This document shows positions 30,297 through 40,301 of a stretch of 64,000 nucleotides of DNA, in pieces. The stretch comes from an uncultured Candidatus Rokubacteria bacterium (GTDB lineage: Bacteria > Methylomirabilota > Methylomirabilia > Rokubacteriales > CSP1-6). The number at the start of each line of letters is the position of its first letter. Position 1 is the stretch's first letter. Where the stretch lies: NCBI GenBank assembly GCA_963762145.1, contig CAVXJS010000014.1:256001-320000 (forward strand). The letters run 5' to 3'. The notes beneath the pieces were generated by a model, which saw nothing but the letters and a program-made list of their open reading frames with translations, was not told the DNA's origin and did not search any database. The position numbers and the translations under genes were made by a program.

Positions 30297-31505
30297 GCCC
30301 AGGCCGGCTTCGGCACCACCGCGGGCCCGGTGGCCGAGCCCTTGGGCCACACGAGCTCGAACTCGTTCTTCTGCCACTGCCCCACGATGCCCGGCGTGGC
30401 CACGTTCTCTCCCTTCGTGAACTTGATGGGCCCGGCCACCGTCTGGAACTCGGTGGCGTCGAGCATGGCCTTGATCTTCGGCCGGTCCAGGCCGACCTCG
30501 CCCACACAGCGCTCCAGGATCTGCAGCGACGCGTACGCGAACGCGCTCGCCCAGCGATCCGGCTCCTTCTGATGCTTCTTCACGTGGGCGTCGAAGTACT
30601 CCTTGGCCCCCGGGAACTTGACCTTCGCGTTCCAGCCCGCGATGCCCATCACGCCCTCCGCGCCCTTGAACCGGTCGCGGTAGAACGGGAACGCGGTGCC
30701 CACCCCGGTGAAGAAGACGGCCGGGTTCCAGTCCACCTCCTTGGCCTGGGAGGTGGCGAGGATATTGTCCGGCGGATAGGTCAGCCCGACGAACGCGTCG
30801 GCGCCCGCGTCCTTGAAGCCCTTGAGGACCGGCGAGAGATCCTTGGCGCCCAGCGGGTAGCTCTTGGTGTCCATGACCTCGAGGCCCGGCTGCCTTGAAC
30901 GCGGGGCCGGTGGCGGCGTTCAGCTCGATGCCGAAGAGATCGTTGACGTAGGCCACGCGCGACCTTCTTGATCTTGCCCTGCGCCTTGCAGGTCCTTCAG
31001 CAGCGCCGGCGACCGCCTGCATCTGGCGGCCGGGCTGGACGAGGATCGTGTAGAAGTAGGGCAGGGCCAGCTCCTTGAACTTCCCGGAGATCGCGGTGGG
31101 GCCGATCATCGGGTAGCCGTACTTGGTCGCCAGCGGGGCGATCGCGAAGTTCATCGCCGAGCCCCACGGCGGCAGCAGCAGGTCCACCTTGTCGTCGGTG
31201 GCCAGCTTCTCGTAGAAGCGCACCGCGGTCTCGATCTCGCTGCGGTCGTCGATGGAGACGAACTCGACCGTCCGGCGCCCCTCGCCCTTCACCGCGAGAC
31301 CGCCCTTGGCGTTGACCTGCTCCTGCCACAGCGTGTAGTTCGGGGCCTGGGTGATGCCGGCGCCCACCGCGTAGGGGCCGGTGCGCCGACAGGGTGTAGC
31401 CGATCCGGACCGGCTTGGCCTGGGCGCGGGCGCGCCGTGCGCCAGGGGGGGCCGTGGCGCCGCCCGCGGCGCCGTCGTGAGGAAATCCCGTCTGCGCATG
31501 CTCAT
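30293..31505 (-). CDS. Liv-family ABC substrate-binding protein with Tat signal (frameshifted)
   Basis: [42 protein letters not shown]. Confidence 0.75.
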
Positions 31506-32226
31506 GCGTGCCTCCTTGCCTGCTGGGGAGTTGGTGGTGGCGCCGAGATACGCCTCGAGAACGCGGGGATCCGCGCGACCGCCGCGGGCGATGCCCTCCG
31601 CAGATGACCTCGCCGTGGTGCAGCACGATGAGCCGCTCCGCCGTCTGCCATGATGGCGTGCATCACGTGCTCGGTCCAGAACAGGGCCACGCCGCGTCGT
31701 CGCGGATCTGCCGGAGCACGCCGACCGCCGCGTTGCCCTCGGTCGGGGTGAGGCCGGCCAGGAGCTCGTCGAGCAAGACGATGCGCGGCCGGAGCGCCAG
31801 CGCCATCGCCAGCTCGAGCAGCTTCCGCCTGCGGTCGGCAGGCGGCTCGCCGGCACGTCGCGCCGGCATCCCGACCAGCGCCAGCAGCTCCTCGGGCGGC
31901 GCCGCCGCGCGCTCGCCGAAGCTCGCGGCCGCGCGCACGTTGTCGAGGGCGGCCAGCTCGAGGAACGGGCGCGGCGTCTGAAACGTGCGGCCGAGGCCGA
32001 GCCGACTGATGCGGAATGCGGGAAGCGCGTGATCCGGTGCTTGCCCAATCGGATCGGCCCGCGGAGGGCCGGAGGAGCCCGCTGACCAGGTTGAACAGCG
32101 TCGTCTTGCCGGCGCCGTTGGGACCGATCAGCGCGACGATCTCGCCCTCGTCGACCGGAAGCTGACGCGCGTGAGGACGCGGAGGCCGCCGAAGCTCCGG
32201 GCGACGTCGGTGCCTTCGAGGATGAT
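31502..32226 (-). CDS. ABC ATP-binding protein, LivG-like (heavily frameshifted)
   Basis: [57 protein letters not shown] in alternating frames. Confidence 0.7.
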
Positions 32227-32654
32227 CCGCCCTGCGCCTGCAGCAGCAGCGAGCCGCCCACGATCATGGCGATCGCGAGCAGACGCATCCACATGAACGG
32301 CTCCTGGAACAGCAGGAAGCCCACGAGCAGGACGAGCACGGTGGAGGTGCCGCCGATGTAGAAGGACGACGTCACCCTCAGGCCCCGCTCGTAGGCGAGC
32401 AGGCCGAAGATGTCCACCCCGGCCGCGGCGACGCCCGCGAGGACCATGAGCCACAGCGCCTCGCGGGTGAAAACAACCTCGTGCCCGTGGGCGCGCGTGG
32501 CCAGGAGGACGAGTGAGTTCATCACGAGGGCGCCGGTGGTGATGACCAGCGCGCCGAGGGCCGGGGTGATCTTGGTCGAGGCCAGCTTCAGGCAGAGCGT
32601 CCAGGTGGCGGCCGACACGCCGGCGAGGATCGCGAAGAGGACGGCCCGGCTCAC
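32223..32654 (-). CDS. Small DMT/EamA-like membrane protein
   Basis: About five hydrophobic segments ([12 protein letters not shown]...FLLFQEP...GGSLLLQ); stop apparently lost by one substitution at 32224. Confidence 0.6.
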
Positions 32655-32753
32655 GCGGTGCGGGCCGGCTCGATCGCGAGCGGCTGGAGACGGGCGATCA
32701 GGAGCCGGGGACGCCCATGGGCGCTTCACCAGACCACACGGCGCGGCCGGCTG

Positions 32754-33233
32754 TCAATACGCGGCGGCCTCGTCGAGCCCGGCCGCCTTGTGATGGGCCC
32801 GCCACATCAGGATCACCGCCAGGCCCCGCCAGATAATGTGGACGAGCAGCGCCCGGTGCAGGTTGTGGCCGATCGGGAAGCTGAGGAAGGCGAACAGGTT
32901 GATGAGCAGCGCCAGCGCCTGGTAGATCGTGAGCACGATGACCGGCGCCAGGCCCGGCCGCAGGAAGCAGCCAGACGACGCCGATGAGCAGGATCGCGAT
33001 GTCCACCAGATCCACGGTCAGCGCCCCGATGACGATCAGGCCGACCGCGATCCACAGCAGGTGACCGGCCTGCACCGCGGCGGCGGCCACGTAGCCGGGT
33101 GAGCGACCGGGAATCGTTTCCGGGCCGCCCACCAGATCAGGCCGGTGAGGGCCAGGGGGATGAGGAGATGGGGGCCGGAGTACACGCCGACGGCGATCGC
33201 GACCACCGTCGCGACGATGGTGGAGGCCTTCAT
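32754..33233 (-). CDS. Hypothetical membrane protein (frameshifted)
   Basis: Hydrophobic pieces MKASTIVATVVAI..., AAAAVQAGHLLWI..., LTIYQALALLINL... in successive frames. Confidence 0.5.
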
Positions 33234-33956
33234 CGGTTGCCCGCCGGCACGCGCTGCTCGTAGAGCGCGGAGGGCATTTCGTCGATCGCCGCCGCGGCCC
33301 GCCCCTTGAAGAAGGGCGATTGCTGCATGATCGCCCCAGTCGTGCAGGAAGCGCTCCCAGGCCTGCTCCCGCGTCTCGCCCGGCCGGGCCGCATGCATCG
33401 CCGGAGACGAGGCGGTCCCGGGGAAAGAGCGCGGGGCGCTCCGTGTAGTGATAGAGGTATCGGGTGCGTCGGTGTTGAAGACCACGACCGGAATCGACTG
33501 AAGGTCCGGCCGTCCTGCTCCCGGAGGAACATCGTTCATGAGATCGGCGTTGGGCGACTCCGCGGGATCCGCCTTTGGCTCGCGCCCAGGCCCGCTGGCC
33601 GTCGCGCGGGAAGATCCGCAGCTCGAGCGGAGCCGGCCTCCGCCAGCCGCCCGAGCATCGGGATGACCCGGCGGCAGTCCGAGGACCATTCCTCCGAGAT
33701 CACGAGGATCTTGGCCGGCCCCTCCGGCTGCGCGGCGAGCCACCGGATCGCGGCGACCTGATCGTCGTCGGAGCTGGAGGGTCTCGTACCATGTCCGCAA
33801 CGGGCCGGTCCAGTCCACTGCGCTCGGGCCCTCGCCACCAGCCGGCCTCGCGGACGAGGTTCTCCGGAGTGCCGATATAGGTCATGTACTCATCGAAGGT
33901 CATGCCGGTCGCGAAGCGTGCCGGCGTGACAACACGGCTGCCGCGACCGCGGCCAT
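33230..33956 (-). CDS. Thioredoxin-like family protein (frameshifted)
   Basis: GMTFDEY..., KILVISEEWSSDCRRVIPML, QSIPVVVF. Confidence 0.6.
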
Positions 33957-33958
33957 GA

Positions 33959-34395
33959 CTAGAGGATCCCGGAGCGGTGCAGCCCGAGCAGCAGAAAGGC
34001 GACCGCGCTCACGACGCTGCGAACCGCGTGCAGCCGGCCCCAGCGGGCCAGGAGCGCCGCGGCCTCGGGCGCGTTGCGGTCGAGCCCGGCATCGAGCAGA
34101 CGCTTGTTGGTCGGCCGGATCACGATCAGAGTGAACGGGATCAGGGCCCCGAGCAGGAGGCCGGCGATGAGCACCGGGGGGGGGCTGCCCTGGGTCCAGG
34201 CGGCCACCGCCGCGAGGCAGCCCCCGACCGCGAGCGACGCCTGCATCACGGCGCCCCGCCGATAGCTCGGCCCGAACTCGGCGATGGCGAGAGCCGGTCC
34301 ACACTCGAGGCGCGCGGGGTGCTCGACCAGGTGACGTAGATGGCCGCCCCGGCGAAGAGCCCGGTGCAGAGCAGGGCGGCGAGCTCGAGGATCAC
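33959..34395 (-). CDS. DUF1772/anthrone oxygenase-like membrane protein (frameshifted)
   Basis: GLFAGAAIYV / VEHPARL, PFTLIVIRPTNKRL, WGRLHAVRS. Confidence 0.7.
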
Positions 34396-34403
34396 GGTGT
34401 GAT

Positions 34404-35244
34404 CTAGTAGCGCAGGTCGGCGACGACCGCGTAGTGATCGGAGGGGACGACGCCGTCCACGGGCTCGACCCCCGCGATCGCGGAGCCGACAACGTGCCCG
34501 GCCCCGCCGCGGCGCGGCCGGCCCACCAGGATGTAGTCGATGCGCCGGTCCGGCAGGAGCGCCGGCGCGGTCCAGGGATTGCACCGCGCCCAGGTATGCC
34601 CGCTCCCGTCTCCGGCCATCTCCCAGGCGTCGAAGAGCGCGAATCCCGGCACCGCGGTGTCGGTGCGTCCGGTGAGCATGCGGAGCTCGTCCGAATCGGG
34701 GGGCGCGTTGAAGTCCCGCAGATGACGGTCGGGAAGGCCGGGCCCGCGACCTCGAGCGCGAACGAGACGAGGTGCCGGACCGAGGATTGCCGTACCGCGC
34801 TGGCATGCGGCGGCCAGTCGAGGGCTACCGAGAACGCGGGATAATGGCCCGCGCGGCCCCGCGATGCGTCCGAAGAGCGCGGCCCCGCCCCATCGGTCCG
34901 GGGCGGAAGCGGGGAACTCGCGATACTCGTGATGCTCGATCGGCCACCGAGACAGGAGGCCGGATCCGGTGCCCCAGTCTTCGGCAAGGAATGTTCCGCG
35001 CCCGTAAACTCCGTGGTATCCGAGGGCCTTGGCGAGCCGCGTCGCCTGATCCTGGCCTCCACGGTCGCACCAGGCCTCTTGCAGCGCGACGACGTCGGGA
35101 GCGAGAGCCTCGAGAGTCCCGATCAGCGCGGCTTCACAGTTCTTGCCATGGCCCGAAGCGGCCCCAGACGTTCCAGGTGAGCACGCGGAGCGTTGTGGTG
35201 ATCAACTCGCCGTATGGGCCGGTCTCCGGAGAGCTCGGGCTCAT
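34404..35244 (-). CDS. Endonuclease/exonuclease/phosphatase family protein (frameshifted)
   Basis: LRVLTWNVWGRFGPW, GDFNAPPDSDE, RRIDYILVG, PSDHYAVVADL. Confidence 0.75.
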
Positions 35245-35753
35245 GCCGGACGGGCTCGGTCGATCTTCCGCTGCAGGAACCAGCAGAACCAGCCCCGATA
35301 CTTGGCCTGCAGCTCCGGCTTCATCCAGTCCTTGCCGGTGATGGTCCCGCGGCAGCGGGCGCTCCCGCAGCGGCACACCATCTGGTAGTCGCCGTCGTCG
35401 GTGGTCGCCCAGTCGATGGTGAGCTCCTCGTCGGGCGCGACGTCCCGCATCGCGACCAGCACGATCTGGCCCTGGATCGCCAGGTTGGGGTCGCAGGAGT
35501 GGTTGGTGTAGAGCATGCTGCCGTCGCGCTCAGCCGGCGTGGCCGGCGCGATGAACAGGTCCTCGGCAATCTGGATGTCGGCCGGGCCGAGCGTCGGCTC
35601 GAGCGCCGCCCACTGGGGCGCGGTCAGGACGTGGCCGCCCTTGACCGCGACGATCTCGCCCTTGGCGATGGCGGCCTTTGCGAACAGGCCCTTGCCCTGG
35701 ATCGGGCTCGGGCGCACGTCCGTCTTCGGGGAGCGATAGGTGAGAGCGGTCAT
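35241..35753 (-). CDS. SET domain protein with post-SET zinc cluster
   Basis: GKGLFA, NHSCDPN, EELTIDW, CRCGSARCRG. Confidence 0.9.
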   Translation of the reverse strand: MTALTYRSPKTDVRPSPIQGKGLFAKAAIAKGEIVAVKGGHVLTAPQWAALEPTLGPADIQIAEDLFIAPATPAERDGSMLYTNHSCDPNLAIQGQIVLVAMRDVAPDEELTIDWATTDDGDYQMVCRCGSARCRGTITGKDWMKPELQAKYRGWFCWFLQRKIDRARPA

Positions 35754-35780
35754 GCGTTGGCCGCCATGGTTGCTGCCGCG

Positions 35781-35816
35781 CCCCCTCACCCTGCCCTCTC
35801 CCCGGAGGGGAGAGGG
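35781..35816. repeat. REP-like element, left half
   Basis: CCCCCTCACCCTGCCCTCTCCCC-gga-GGGGAGAGGG. Confidence 0.8.
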
Positions 35817-35838
35817 TGGAGGGAAGGGAGGGCGCCGG

Positions 35839-37476
35839 CTACTTGAACATCGAGAAGTTGATCTCTTTCTCGGTGATGAACTCGAGGAGGACCGGGACGC
35901 CGTCCTTGGTCTTGGCGATGCCGCGCTTGAGGGCGGGAATGATCTCGCCCGGCTCGGTGATGCGCTCGCCGTAGCCGCCGAAGGCCTTCGCCATGTCCGC
36001 GTAGTGGCCGCTGATGTCGGTGGAGCGGTACTTCTCGGTGGCCGTCTTCATGATCGGCAGCTCGATCGCCATCGAGAAGTTGTTGAGCAGGATCGACAGG
36101 ATCGGGATGCGCTCGCGCACCGCGGTCTCGAAGTCCATGCCGGTGAAGCCGATGGCCGCGTCGCCCCACACGTTGATGCAAAGCGACTCCGGCTTGGCGA
36201 GCTTGGCCCCCATGGCGAGGCCCAGACCGTAGCCGAGCTGGGTGGTCTTGCCCCAGCCGATGTAGGTGAGCGGGTGCGTGCTCTCCCAGAAGGGCGAGAG
36301 CTGATCGCGCGGGCTGCCCGCGTCGTGGGTGATGATGGTGTTGGCCACGTCCACCGTGTGCAGCAGATCCCAGATCACGCGGTAGGGCGAGAGCGGCTTG
36401 TCGTTGGCGGTCAGCTTGGGCATCCACTGCGCGAGCCACTCGCTCTTCATGGTGGCGATCTGCTTGGTGACCTCGGCCTTGCGGCCGCGCGCCTTGCCCT
36501 TCAGGCGGTCGCGCACCTCGGCGAGCAGCGCCTCCAGCACGAGGCCCGCGTCGCCGATCAGCGCGTGCTCGGCCACGATGTCCTTGTTGAGGTCGGCCGC
36601 GTCGAGGGTGGCGTGGATGATGGTCTTGCCCTTCGGCATCGTGACGCCGTAGTTCGTGGTCGCGAAGCTGCAGCCGATGCCGAAGATCACGTCGGCGTTC
36701 TTGAGGAACTCGTGGACCGTCTTGGGGATCGAGCGGCCGCCCGAGCCGAGCGACAGCGGGTGGTTCTCCGGGAACGCGCTCTTGCCCTCGAGGCTCGTGG
36801 TGACCGGCGCCTCGAGCAGCTCGGCCAGCTCGCGGAGCTGCTGCCACGCGCGCGCGTAGTGCACGCCCTGGCCCGCGTAGATCACCGGCCGCTCCGCCTC
36901 CACCAGGATGCGCGCGGCCTCGGTGACCGCGTCCGGATCGGGAGCGACCCGCGTGCGCGGAGTCATCTTGTAGTTGAGCGGCTCGGGCACTTCCTCCTGG
37001 TAGACGTCGACGGGAATCTCCACCAGCACCGGCCGCGGACGGCCGTTCTTCACCTGGGTGAAGGCCCGGCGCATCGCGTCGGGCACCGCGTCGCCCATGA
37101 TGACCTGCTCGCACCACTTGGTCACGTTGCGGTAGTTGATGAACGAGTTGAAGTTGGGCGGGATGTTGGTGAGGCGGCGCGGGTAGCCGCCGGGCAGCAC
37201 CACGATCGGCACCGAGTCGCCGTAGGCCTGGGCCACGCCGCCGAAGGCGTTCTCCGAGCCGGGCCCGTGCTGCATCGTGAACACGCCGATCTTCTGGCCG
37301 GAGGTGATGCGGCTCACCGCGTCCGCCATGTGCAGCCCCGTGCGCTCCTGGCGCACGATGATGGTGCGGATATCGGCCTGGGCGGCCGCCTCGATGATCG
37401 GGTTCACCGGATAGCCGATCAGAAAAGTGGTACCTTCGCGCTTCAGGATCTCGGCAACTGCGGCGACCGCCTTCAT
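35839..37476 (-). CDS. Thiamine pyrophosphate-dependent enzyme (acetolactate synthase-like)
   Basis: RQERTGLHMADA, QHGPG, RPRPVLVEIP, GDAAIGF...LNN. Confidence 0.88.
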   Translation of the reverse strand: MKAVAAVAEILKREGTTFLIGYPVNPIIEAAAQADIRTIIVRQERTGLHMADAVSRITSGQKIGVFTMQHGPGSENAFGGVAQAYGDSVPIVVLPGGYPRRLTNIPPNFNSFINYRNVTKWCEQVIMGDAVPDAMRRAFTQVKNGRPRPVLVEIPVDVYQEEVPEPLNYKMTPRTRVAPDPDAVTEAARILVEAERPVIYAGQGVHYARAWQQLRELAELLEAPVTTSLEGKSAFPENHPLSLGSGGRSIPKTVHEFLKNADVIFGIGCSFATTNYGVTMPKGKTIIHATLDAADLNKDIVAEHALIGDAGLVLEALLAEVRDRLKGKARGRKAEVTKQIATMKSEWLAQWMPKLTANDKPLSPYRVIWDLLHTVDVANTIITHDAGSPRDQLSPFWESTHPLTYIGWGKTTQLGYGLGLAMGAKLAKPESLCINVWGDAAIGFTGMDFETAVRERIPILSILLNNFSMAIELPIMKTATEKYRSTDISGHYADMAKAFGGYGERITEPGEIIPALKRGIAKTKDGVPVLLEFITEKEINFSMFK

Positions 37477-37568
37477 TGAGGCCTCCTCTGGGGTGCTGCT
37501 AGGATGGGGCCGACTGTAACCCAATCCGCGGGGGAAGGGAAATCCGCGGCACGAAAGGACGGCGAGGC

Positions 37569-38660
37569 ATGGCTCGGAAGAAGCACCGCGTGGGCATCGT
37601 CGGGCTCGGCTTCGGCCGCGCCCACATTCCGGCGTTTCAGGCCAACGGCTGCGAGGTGGTGGCGGTCTGCCAGCGCAATCAGGAAACCGCCCGCTCGATC
37701 GCCGAGCGCTACAACGTTCCCGGCGTCTTCGAGCGGTGGGAGCAGATGCTCGAGGAGACCAAGCCGGACATCGTGGTGATCGCCTCGCCGCCCAACCTGC
37801 ACCGCGAGATCGCGCTGCGCGCGTTCGAGCAGGGCGCGCACGTCCTCTGCGAGAAGCCACTCGCCATGACCGCGGCCGAGGGTCGCGACATGGCCGAGGC
37901 GGCCCGCCGGGCGCAGCGCGTGGCCATGACCTCGTTCAACTGGCGCTTCATCCCGGCCATGCAGCGCTTCCACTCGCTGGTGGAGGAGGGCGGCGTGGGT
38001 CGGCTCTTCCACGCGGCGGGTCGCTGGCTCGGGGCGCGCTGGGCCGACGAGGCGGCGCCGTCGACCTGGCGGATGGACCGCGCCCAGGCCGGCCACGGCG
38101 CCATGGGCGACATGGGCGTGCACGTGATCGACCTCATACGCTGGCACTTCGGCGAGTTCGCACGGGTGACCGCGCAGGCCGGCGTGGCCTATCCGACCCG
38201 CAACGCTCCCGGCGGCAAGCCGACCGACGCGGAGGACTTCTGCAGCGTGATGGGCGAGCTGGTTTCCGGCGGGCAGGTGACGTTCTCGGTGAGCCGCGCC
38301 GCCCGCGGGGCGAACGAGTCGTTCCTGGAGGCCTACGGCAGTCAGGGCTCGCTTGTTTACCGGCTCGACCGCGAGAAGCCCAAGTGGTACGTGGGCGAGC
38401 TGCGCGCGGCCGGGGCGAGCGGCACGCTGCAGCCGGTTCCGATCACCGCAGGGCTGCCACGCTCGGCTGGCGAAGGCGACCAGATGGAGGTCACCGGGAA
38501 AGCCACGATAGCGCCGCTGGTGAAGCGCTTCCTCGAGGGCATCAAGAAGGGCGAGAGCCCATCGCCCACGCTCGAGGACGGCGTCGCGGCCCAGCTCGTT
38601 CTGGACGCGGTGCTGCGCTCGCTCAATGATGGCGGCTGGCAGCGGGTCGAGGCCGCGTGA
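37569..38660 (+). CDS. Gfo/Idh/MocA oxidoreductase
   Basis: VGIVGLGFG, HVLCEKPLA, GAMGDMGVHVID. Confidence 0.9.
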   Translation: MARKKHRVGIVGLGFGRAHIPAFQANGCEVVAVCQRNQETARSIAERYNVPGVFERWEQMLEETKPDIVVIASPPNLHREIALRAFEQGAHVLCEKPLAMTAAEGRDMAEAARRAQRVAMTSFNWRFIPAMQRFHSLVEEGGVGRLFHAAGRWLGARWADEAAPSTWRMDRAQAGHGAMGDMGVHVIDLIRWHFGEFARVTAQAGVAYPTRNAPGGKPTDAEDFCSVMGELVSGGQVTFSVSRAARGANESFLEAYGSQGSLVYRLDREKPKWYVGELRAAGASGTLQPVPITAGLPRSAGEGDQMEVTGKATIAPLVKRFLEGIKKGESPSPTLEDGVAAQLVLDAVLRSLNDGGWQRVEAA

Positions 38661-38664
38661 CGTC

Positions 38665-39186
38665 ATGACGAAGCCGGCACGCGCCGGCCTCCACGTGGGC
38701 GTGATCGGCGAGGGCGTCTGCTCGCGCCGGGTGGCCGCGCTGGCCGAGCGGGTGGGCCGCGCCATCGCGGAAGCGGGCGCGGTGCTGCTGTGCGGAGGCC
38801 TCGGCGGCGTGATGGAGGCGGCCTCGCGCGGCGCGGCCCGGGCCGGGGGCACCGTGGTGGGGCTCTTGCCCGGATTCGAGGCGCGCGACGCCAATCGCTG
38901 GGTCTCCATTCCGGTCGTCACCGGCATGGATCAGGCGCGCAACGTGATCCTGGTGCGCTCGAGCGACGCGGTCATCGCGGTCGGCGGCCGGTACGGCACG
39001 CTCTCCGAGATCGCGCTCGCCCTCAAGCTCGGCCGGCCGGTGGTGGGCCTCGGCACGTGGCGCCTCGCGCAGCCGGAAGGCCGACGGGTGCCGCTTCTCA
39101 CCGCGCGCACGCCGGAGGACGCGGTGGCTCGCGCGCTGCGCGCGGCGCGGCGGGCCGGCCGCGGCTCGCGGGGCTGGCTCGTGTAG
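38665..39186 (+). CDS. TIGR00725-like (LOG/Smf-type Rossmann fold) protein
   Basis: CGGLGGVMEAA, TGMDQARN, GGRYGTLSEIA. Confidence 0.85.
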   Translation: MTKPARAGLHVGVIGEGVCSRRVAALAERVGRAIAEAGAVLLCGGLGGVMEAASRGAARAGGTVVGLLPGFEARDANRWVSIPVVTGMDQARNVILVRSSDAVIAVGGRYGTLSEIALALKLGRPVVGLGTWRLAQPEGRRVPLLTARTPEDAVARALRAARRAGRGSRGWLV

Positions 39187-39217
39187 TCGACGTCGTCGTG
39201 TCGTGACCCGCGCGTCG

Positions 39218-39247
39218 TTGACCCTTCGCGCGGGCGCGTGCTAGCCT
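39218..39247 (+). promoter_or_regulatory. Sigma70-type promoter, probably producing a leaderless mRNA
   Basis: TTGACC-N18-TAGCCT with extended TG; GTG start 6 nt downstream with no SD. Confidence 0.5.
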
Positions 39248-39253
39248 CCCGGC

Positions 39254-40285
39254 GTGGTTCGCGTCGGCGTCTCGGCCGTCTCCAAGCGCTACGGTGTAGT
39301 CGAGGCGCTCCGGTCCGTCTCGCTCGACTTCGAGCCCGGCCGTCTGACCGCGATCCTCGGCCCATCCGGCTGCGGCAAGACCACCCTCCTCCGCTCGATC
39401 GCGGGCTTCGTGTCGGTGGACACGGGGGCGATCCGCTTCGACGGCGCCGACGTGACCGCAGTGCCGCCGCAGCAGCGCGGGACCGCGATGGTCTTCCAGA
39501 GCTACGCGCTCTGGCCGCACATGACCGTGTTCGACAATGTCGCGTACGGCCTGCGGCTCAAGCGGGTACCCGGCGCCGAGATCACCCGCCGGGTGCGCGA
39601 CGCGCTCGCGCTCGTGGAGATCGGCGACGTGGAGACGACCGCGCGCCGCAAGCCGGCCGCGCTGTCGGGCGGCCAGCAGCAGCGCGTGGCGCTCGCGCGG
39701 GCCATCGTGGTGGAGCCCCGCGTGCTCCTGCTGGACGAGCCGCTCTCGAATCTCGACGCCAAGATCCGGCAGCGCCTGCGGGTGGAGGTGCGTCGTCTGC
39801 AGCGGCGCGTGGGCATCACCACCATCTACGTCACCCACGATCAGGAGGAAGCCCTCGCCATCGCGGATCACGTGGTGCTGATGAACCGCGGCGTGGTCGC
39901 GCAGGCGGGGACGCCGGAGCAGGTCTATCTCGAGCCCGCGTCCGAGTTCGTCGCCGACTTCCTGGGCGTGGGCAATCGCCTGGAGGGGCGCGCCGAGCCG
40001 GGTGCGCTGCATCTCGAAGGCCAGCGTCTGCCCTACGGCGGCCCCGCGCGCGGGCCCGTGCTCGTGATCCTGCGCTCGTCCGATCTCGGCCTCGCCGGCG
40101 CGACGGGTGGGGCGCCCGCGCTCGCGGGCACGCTGGAGGAAAGCCTGTTCCTCGGCGCGTACTACCGGCACTACGTGCGGGTGGGCGCGGCCGTGCTCAT
40201 GGTGGACGGGCCCGCTCCGGCGCCGCCCGGCCCCGTCACCATCACCGTCCCGTCGGATCGCGTGCGCGTGTATCCGGCGGCCTGA
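39254..40285 (+). CDS. ABC ATP-binding protein (PotA/FbpC-like)
   Basis: GPSGCGKTT, VFQSYALWPH, LSGGQQQRVALAR, YVTHDQEEA. Confidence 0.9.
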   Translation: MVRVGVSAVSKRYGVVEALRSVSLDFEPGRLTAILGPSGCGKTTLLRSIAGFVSVDTGAIRFDGADVTAVPPQQRGTAMVFQSYALWPHMTVFDNVAYGLRLKRVPGAEITRRVRDALALVEIGDVETTARRKPAALSGGQQQRVALARAIVVEPRVLLLDEPLSNLDAKIRQRLRVEVRRLQRRVGITTIYVTHDQEEALAIADHVVLMNRGVVAQAGTPEQVYLEPASEFVADFLGVGNRLEGRAEPGALHLEGQRLPYGGPARGPVLVILRSSDLGLAGATGGAPALAGTLEESLFLGAYYRHYVRVGAAVLMVDGPAPAPPGPVTITVPSDRVRVYPAA

Positions 40286-40301
40286 CCAGAGGAGTCCAAC
40301 G

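Noticed and set aside
28614-32729. 1371-aa apparent multi-domain fusion
   Set aside because: A patchwork of DMT, LivG, SBP, LivH and LivM fragments joined by indels.
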